A stretch of DNA of 19,201 nt from Candidatus Thorarchaeota archaeon (GTDB taxonomy: Archaea > Asgardarchaeota > Thorarchaeia > Thorarchaeales > Thorarchaeaceae): assembly GCA_011364905.1 (NCBI GenBank), contig RDNZ01000049.1, positions 1 through 19,201 of the forward strand. The letters are read 5' to 3'. A program made the position numbers and the translations under genes. Positions 14,772 to 19,201 of this stretch are shown one piece after another. Position 1 is the stretch's first letter, and each line of letters starts with the position of its first letter. The notes beneath the pieces were generated by a model that saw only the letters and a program-made list of their open reading frames with translations, did not search any database and was not told where the DNA came from.

Positions 14772-16469
14772 CTAGTTCGTTTTCACAAGTAGTGCAGGTG
14801 GCTGTGTTTTGCCTGTGACATGCAACTCATCCAAGATAGCACGCGCGACATCGAGGGCCGAACTGTCGTCATAGATACCTTTGCTCTTCTCACGCGCATC
14901 TCTGAGTAGATTCCTTTGGACCTTGAGTTTCAAGTCACCAATGGCCAATGGTCCAATGCCCAGTTTACCTGAAGCCAGTTCTCTAAGGTCATCACTCGGT
15001 TTTAGGCCTGCAATACCAGATGGAGGTACAGCATTTGCATCAAGTAATATCTGATTGGTCGCCACACTATCGAGATGATCCTTGGTCACTAGTTCAGCGC
15101 CCGGAGGTCCTGTTGCGAAGACCAGAGTTGCCTTTTTCAAAGCCGCTTGTACTTCCTCAGGGGTTGAAACTTGTATGCCCTTGATACTATAGATATCCGT
15201 TGACAAGTGGTCCGCAACATCCTTAGCACGCTCCGCACTCCTGGAGCTGATTGTTGTTTCTGCCCCTGCAGCGGCGCACAGTGTTGCAACGCTCTGGCCT
15301 ACAGGTCCAGTACCTGCAAGTACCAGTACCTTTGCCTTGCCGAGCGAATCTAGGCCTATAGCCGGAAGAGCCTCTTCGGCTTTTGCCACCAAGGCGGCTG
15401 AAGTGGTGAACGCTCCATGTGGGTCAACTACGACAGATGTGACGAACGGCTTGACCATGGCAGTCTTTACATCATTTGCCATCTCTCGAGCCTTTGTTAT
15501 ATCGCGTCCTCCTATGAAGAAGCATGTTCTCTTTACGCCTTTTACTCCTCTGGAAAAGATGGCATCTTGTACGAGAGTGGTAACGTTGTCTGCTGATACA
15601 TTGGAGTAAGGTACTACGATATCAAAGCCTGCATCATACGCTACGCAGACATCAAAAGGACTGGCGTAGTTCTGTTCCTCTAGGAAAAACAGGATGCTTT
15701 GTTTCTTGTTCTTAGGATGTTTCACCACAGGTGTCATCTCAACGGAGGAAATACCAGTAAGTCCGGTGATACCCTCCATCGTTTCATCTTCAGCACCTGC
15801 TAATTCACTTTTGTAAGTAATAGGTGTAACATCAACATCAACCATTTCCAGGAGATTCATCAGGCCTTCGAAGTGTTGTGGGCTGCATAGGTGGATTCCA
15901 TTAATCTTCTTCTTCTCGATATTGTCTGCTTCTTTGAGAATACCCATAGCAATCCAGCTCTCTCGAATCCCAAACTCGATATCTCGAAGTTCATCCTCGA
16001 ATTGATCCTGTATGTACTGCCCGTATGCAGTTAATTGGTCAATCCGATAGTCAGCATCCGAGACTCTCTTTTTCTTGGAGAGCGCTTGTATTGCGTCAAT
16101 AATCTCATTTCTCTTGTCCATTTTCTGTTCTAGACTACTAGCCAAGTAAGAGCGAGCGAACTCATCCATCTCAACAGCTCTAAAGGGAACTTTGAGATCG
16201 GCGAAAGTTTCTACGAGGGGATTGTCTTCTTCAAACTCCTTGGCAGAGCGCATACCCAACTCATCAGTGACGAAGTCCGGTTTCTCCCTCTCGGCCAATT
16301 GTCTTATCATGTTACAGAAGGCCATTGACGGACGCTGGAGAATACCAGTCCTAGGTTCAGACTTAGTAGTAGGAAACGAGGTTACCGACCACGGTTCGTT
16401 GTAGGCTTTCTTCACTAATAGAAGGTGAAGTTTCTTCTCATTCAAAGGTTCAAGTTCAAGTGTTTTCAA
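14772..16469 (-). CDS. mtdB: NAD(P)-dependent methylene-H4MPT dehydrogenase (MtdA/MtdB family) fused to an about 250-aa N-terminal domain
   Basis: C-terminal about 310 aa has SPFD, YDAGF, QDAIFSRG, FIGG, DPxGxFTT, LAGTGPVG, DANAVPP and GIGPLAIG motifs. The symbol applies only to this domain and the A/B subtype is uncertain. Confidence 0.85.
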   Translation of the reverse strand: MKTLELEPLNEKKLHLLLVKKAYNEPWSVTSFPTTKSEPRTGILQRPSMAFCNMIRQLAEREKPDFVTDELGMRSAKEFEEDNPLVETFADLKVPFRAVEMDEFARSYLASSLEQKMDKRNEIIDAIQALSKKKRVSDADYRIDQLTAYGQYIQDQFEDELRDIEFGIRESWIAMGILKEADNIEKKKINGIHLCSPQHFEGLMNLLEMVDVDVTPITYKSELAGAEDETMEGITGLTGISSVEMTPVVKHPKNKKQSILFFLEEQNYASPFDVCVAYDAGFDIVVPYSNVSADNVTTLVQDAIFSRGVKGVKRTCFFIGGRDITKAREMANDVKTAMVKPFVTSVVVDPHGAFTTSAALVAKAEEALPAIGLDSLGKAKVLVLAGTGPVGQSVATLCAAAGAETTISSRSAERAKDVADHLSTDIYSIKGIQVSTPEEVQAALKKATLVFATGPPGAELVTKDHLDSVATNQILLDANAVPPSGIAGLKPSDDLRELASGKLGIGPLAIGDLKLKVQRNLLRDAREKSKGIYDDSSALDVARAILDELHVTGKTQPPALLVKTN

Positions 16470-16473
16470 TTTT

Positions 16474-16746
16474 TCAAATCCTTCTTGATGTCAATGGACT
16501 TGCCCGACAAATCTGATCTTTTACCACTATGAAATGCATTGCATCCTGACCGGCAATAGTAAGCAGATGGAATTCCCGATTTTTCTCTACAAAGTTGCTA
16601 AGCTTCCTGAGGTGGTAGTTGAGTACACCTGTTTCTTCCAATTCCAGCTTACTTAGTAAGGCATCATAGATTATCAAATGTTCATCATCAAGTATTTTCA
16701 GAATTCTCTCACGCAGTGGATGAGAAAACACAGTATACACATTCAT
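16474..16746 (-). CDS. Short winged-HTH (ArsR-like) protein, possibly truncated
   Basis: HPLRERILKIL...TGVLNYHLRKL...LTxAG; stop codon 4 nt before the mtd fusion start. Confidence 0.65.
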   Translation of the reverse strand: MNVYTVFSHPLRERILKILDDEHLIIYDALLSKLELEETGVLNYHLRKLSNFVEKNREFHLLTIAGQDAMHFIVVKDQICRASPLTSRRI

Positions 16747-17193
16747 TGTTTCATCGGGCTTCTGCTTGATTCGTTCTGGTGCCGATCATGGCAGTGAAAC
16801 GATTCATGTGCTCGCGCTCTATCGAGCTACTCAGATCGATACTAGATCCAAGTCTTGCTTCGAGATTCACGCCGGGTCATATGATTCTAATCAGGGCTAT
16901 CTCTACTCAGGACAAGTCGTTCTTTTGACAATAGATGTTGTGCTAAAGGAGCGATTAAAGCTTTTGAAATGCCCAAATAATTGGGCGTCTGTAGTGTTGT
17001 TGTTGTGCTAGAATTGCGAAAATATCACCAACAGTTCCAAATTTAGCAATACTGATGATTCGAGCTGGTGTTATGAGCTACTCCACATCAATACGAAAAT
17101 ACGATAGCAAGACACTCACTCAATCAGTAGTACTAATGTCAAAGCTCAAAAGCTTTCGATAGAACTGACTTTGAAAAATAGGGAGATAGTGTC

Positions 17194-17679
17194 GTGTCAG
17201 AAAATCCGGATCAAGACAAAGGGACTATATGGAGAGTCCTACTGGCTCTCATCATAGCCGCCTTGCTCTCTCCGCACACATTAGAAATCGCAAGTCAGAG
17301 CATCATTGATGCTTCCTTCACACGGTATAGTGTGATCACAGTGTTGCTGACCTTTTTTTATGAGTCTGGCAGTACATTTGCCGGACCATACAGCACGTTG
17401 TTCATTATGCCTCCCACCTCAGCAGCTTTATTGAATGCGCTGACCCTGGTTCTCAATATCTCAATAATACTGAGCCTGTTTGGGTTTATCAAAGGGACGG
17501 TTTCGCGAAGAAACGCTTTGCTAGTGGTTGGGATAATTCTGTGCATACATGTAGCTCTGCTGCTAGGTGTTTTTTCATATCAGATGAATGGAACGACAAG
17601 TGTTTTGGCAATCCCTCTACCAGTCTTTCCAATAGTAAGTGCCATAGCGATACTTCGCACTAGAATTCCAATTTCATGA
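17194..17679 (+). CDS. Hypothetical multi-pass membrane protein
   Basis: 4-5 hydrophobic segments, GGGAG RBS, GTG start. Confidence 0.7.
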   Translation: MSENPDQDKGTIWRVLLALIIAALLSPHTLEIASQSIIDASFTRYSVITVLLTFFYESGSTFAGPYSTLFIMPPTSAALLNALTLVLNISIILSLFGFIKGTVSRRNALLVVGIILCIHVALLLGVFSYQMNGTTSVLAIPLPVFPIVSAIAILRTRIPIS

Positions 17680-17760
17680 TTGAATTTTCTTCTTGATGGG
17701 AGCAATGATACCGTTGCTCCATATTCCTATTCTAGTGATATCCCGTCCAATGTAGAGATT

Positions 17761-18387
17761 TCATCCCTTTCTGAACTTATCGAGCACAACAAGTCCCCAG
17801 AGCAGCAGTGTTCCAATAAACGCATAGGACCAGCCTTGGAATTGAAGAAACGAGGGGTAGACAGTGACGGGAATCATAAAGAGAGAGCCGTCCAAGCCAA
17901 ACCAGCTATTAATTCCATACTCGAGGGGTTCTGATAGGCTGTCATTGCTTAGAATGTAGTCAACTCCACATCCAAGATATACATCGCCAGTGATGATGAC
18001 AGGCCTAATATCAGCGGTTCCTGCAAGATTGACACATGTAGTGTTTTCAATTTCAAGATTAGTACTGGTTCTGCCGATTTCCGTCGGTATCTCAAATTCA
18101 GTCCTGTTTTCGGGATCGAGTGGAGTCAGAACAAGTGATACCTTTTTTATTATCAGACCCATGGCCACAGTGCCCGGAACTGTTAGGCTGATGTTGAAGG
18201 CTACTTCAGTAGGTACACTTTCATACATCTGATTCATGACACTAATTGTCATTTGTCCCTCTAAGGGAGAATCTGTAATATATTGAAAGGTATCAGTCGC
18301 GCTTTGCCACGTCTGAGATGTTATTGTATTAGAAATACCTCCAGTCCAAATGGTAATAGCAAGTAGTCCAAGAGTCACAGTGGTCAA
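17761..18387 (-). CDS. Hypothetical exported protein with N-terminal signal/TM and C-terminal TM anchor
   Basis: Hydrophobic ends around a beta-rich middle with several sequons; the true start may lie further upstream. Confidence 0.7.
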   Translation of the reverse strand: MTTVTLGLLAITIWTGGISNTITSQTWQSATDTFQYITDSPLEGQMTISVMNQMYESVPTEVAFNISLTVPGTVAMGLIIKKVSLVLTPLDPENRTEFEIPTEIGRTSTNLEIENTTCVNLAGTADIRPVIITGDVYLGCGVDYILSNDSLSEPLEYGINSWFGLDGSLFMIPVTVYPSFLQFQGWSYAFIGTLLLWGLVVLDKFRKG

Positions 18388-18607
18388 AATAATATAGATC
18401 GACTTTCTCGTTTTTACACGCCTCAGTGCGTTCTGGACATGAAGACACTTAAGTTTCTTCTCACTGAAAACCCGTAGGATTCTGGGCGTTACTCAAAGAA
18501 GAGGAATTCTTTACTACTAGAAACGTGGAAAAATCCACGCCACAGGAGCTCATTAACATAGACAGATACAGTCTTTGGTGTCCTCCAATCCACGTTCAGA
18601 TGGTCAG

Positions 18608-19201
18608 CTATTCCAGGGCCTGTCGAAGTGCATCCCACTCTTCTGTAGAGAGCGACTTCTGGACAGTCTGGATTGCTCCTTGAAACATTTCTTTTGACAT
18701 GAAGGATTTCATTCCAGATATCAAACCAACTCGTTCCATGGGATTGGTTGCTTGGACCAGATATCGCAGAAAATACTGGGAGACCTCTGGAGTTGGCTTC
18801 ATTGACATTTTCCCTATTATCTCCATGATCTGATTATCTTTTAGCACCTCCCAGAGGATTGGCATTGCCATCCCTTCTTCGACCATCATATGTGCAGAGT
18901 ATTTGGCGACGAAGTCATTGAGGGCTTGCACAACTTCATATCCCTTCATTGCTCGCTCCTCATCAACAATAAGAGCCTTCACCTGCTGTTCAAGCGAATC
19001 CATTATTGGAGTAAATGTCTGGTGGTCACGTATCAATCGTTCAAATAGGTCTGGGTCTTTTTCTTTAATATGCGGAAACACAAACTCCTCTTCTGCGGCG
19101 GCATGAACATGTAGCACCTCAAAAGACTTCCTGACCTCTTCACTTTGAGCTTTGACATCTGCCACTACACGAAGATCTAGCTTGCTTAATTGTAGCACTC
19201 T
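18608..19201 (-). CDS. Hemerythrin (HHE cation-binding) domain protein, N-terminus outside the window
   Basis: HAAAEEEFVFP, LIRDH and HMMVEE motifs (HxxxEE / H / HxxxEE); the frame is open to the window edge. Confidence 0.85.
   Translation of the reverse strand, partial: RVLQLSKLDLRVVADVKAQSEEVRKSFEVLHVHAAAEEEFVFPHIKEKDPDLFERLIRDHQTFTPIMDSLEQQVKALIVDEERAMKGYEVVQALNDFVAKYSAHMMVEEGMAMPILWEVLKDNQIMEIIGKMSMKPTPEVSQYFLRYLVQATNPMERVGLISGMKSFMSKEMFQGAIQTVQKSLSTEEWDALRQALE

Noticed and set aside
16766-17011. 81-aa plus-strand ORF
   Set aside because: TTG start, no RBS, no motif; not supportable as a gene.
17052-17168. Box C/D sRNA (TGATGA ... CTGA)
   Set aside because: Imperfect box C, spacing of over 100 nt, and no clear D'/C' boxes.
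1-19201. CRISPR arrays, tRNA/rRNA, transposases, integrases, defence systems
   Set aside because: No regularly spaced repeats, cloverleaf or rRNA signatures, or relevant protein motifs seen by eye.

Overview
Gene-dense chromosomal window, most likely from an archaeon. An Asgard/Thorarchaeota-like origin is inferred from gene content (archaeal-type histone, membrane-anchored wHTH, TIGR04076, Mtd and QueG-like proteins, GAGGT/GGAGG RBS, TATA-like boxes) and is not proven. It holds about 20 CDSs: a large secreted, C-terminally anchored acidic surface protein with a membrane-bound wHTH regulator, a Zn-ribbon protein, TIGR04076, a cation:proton antiporter, endonuclease III, flavodoxin, a heterodimeric ABC exporter, an unusual two-gene wHTH operon, a short alpha3-truncated histone with a Lys-rich tail, an M23 peptidase, a QueG/reductive-dehalogenase-like Fe-S protein, an Mtd dehydrogenase fused to a TraB-like domain, membrane proteins and a hemerythrin. 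I saw no rRNA, tRNA, CRISPR array or mobile element. The most striking observations are (i) a coiled-coil/(xPR)8/wHTH/acidic-heptad protein and its operon partner, both ending in a WASP-like acidic DW(D/E)D C-terminus and sitting divergent from the tailed histone, (ii) the TraB-like::Mtd fusion, (iii) a 45-aa beta-hairpin repeat insertion in an ABC NBD, and (iv) an archaeal membrane-anchored M23 peptidase. All family calls come from motif recognition by eye; no searches were run.
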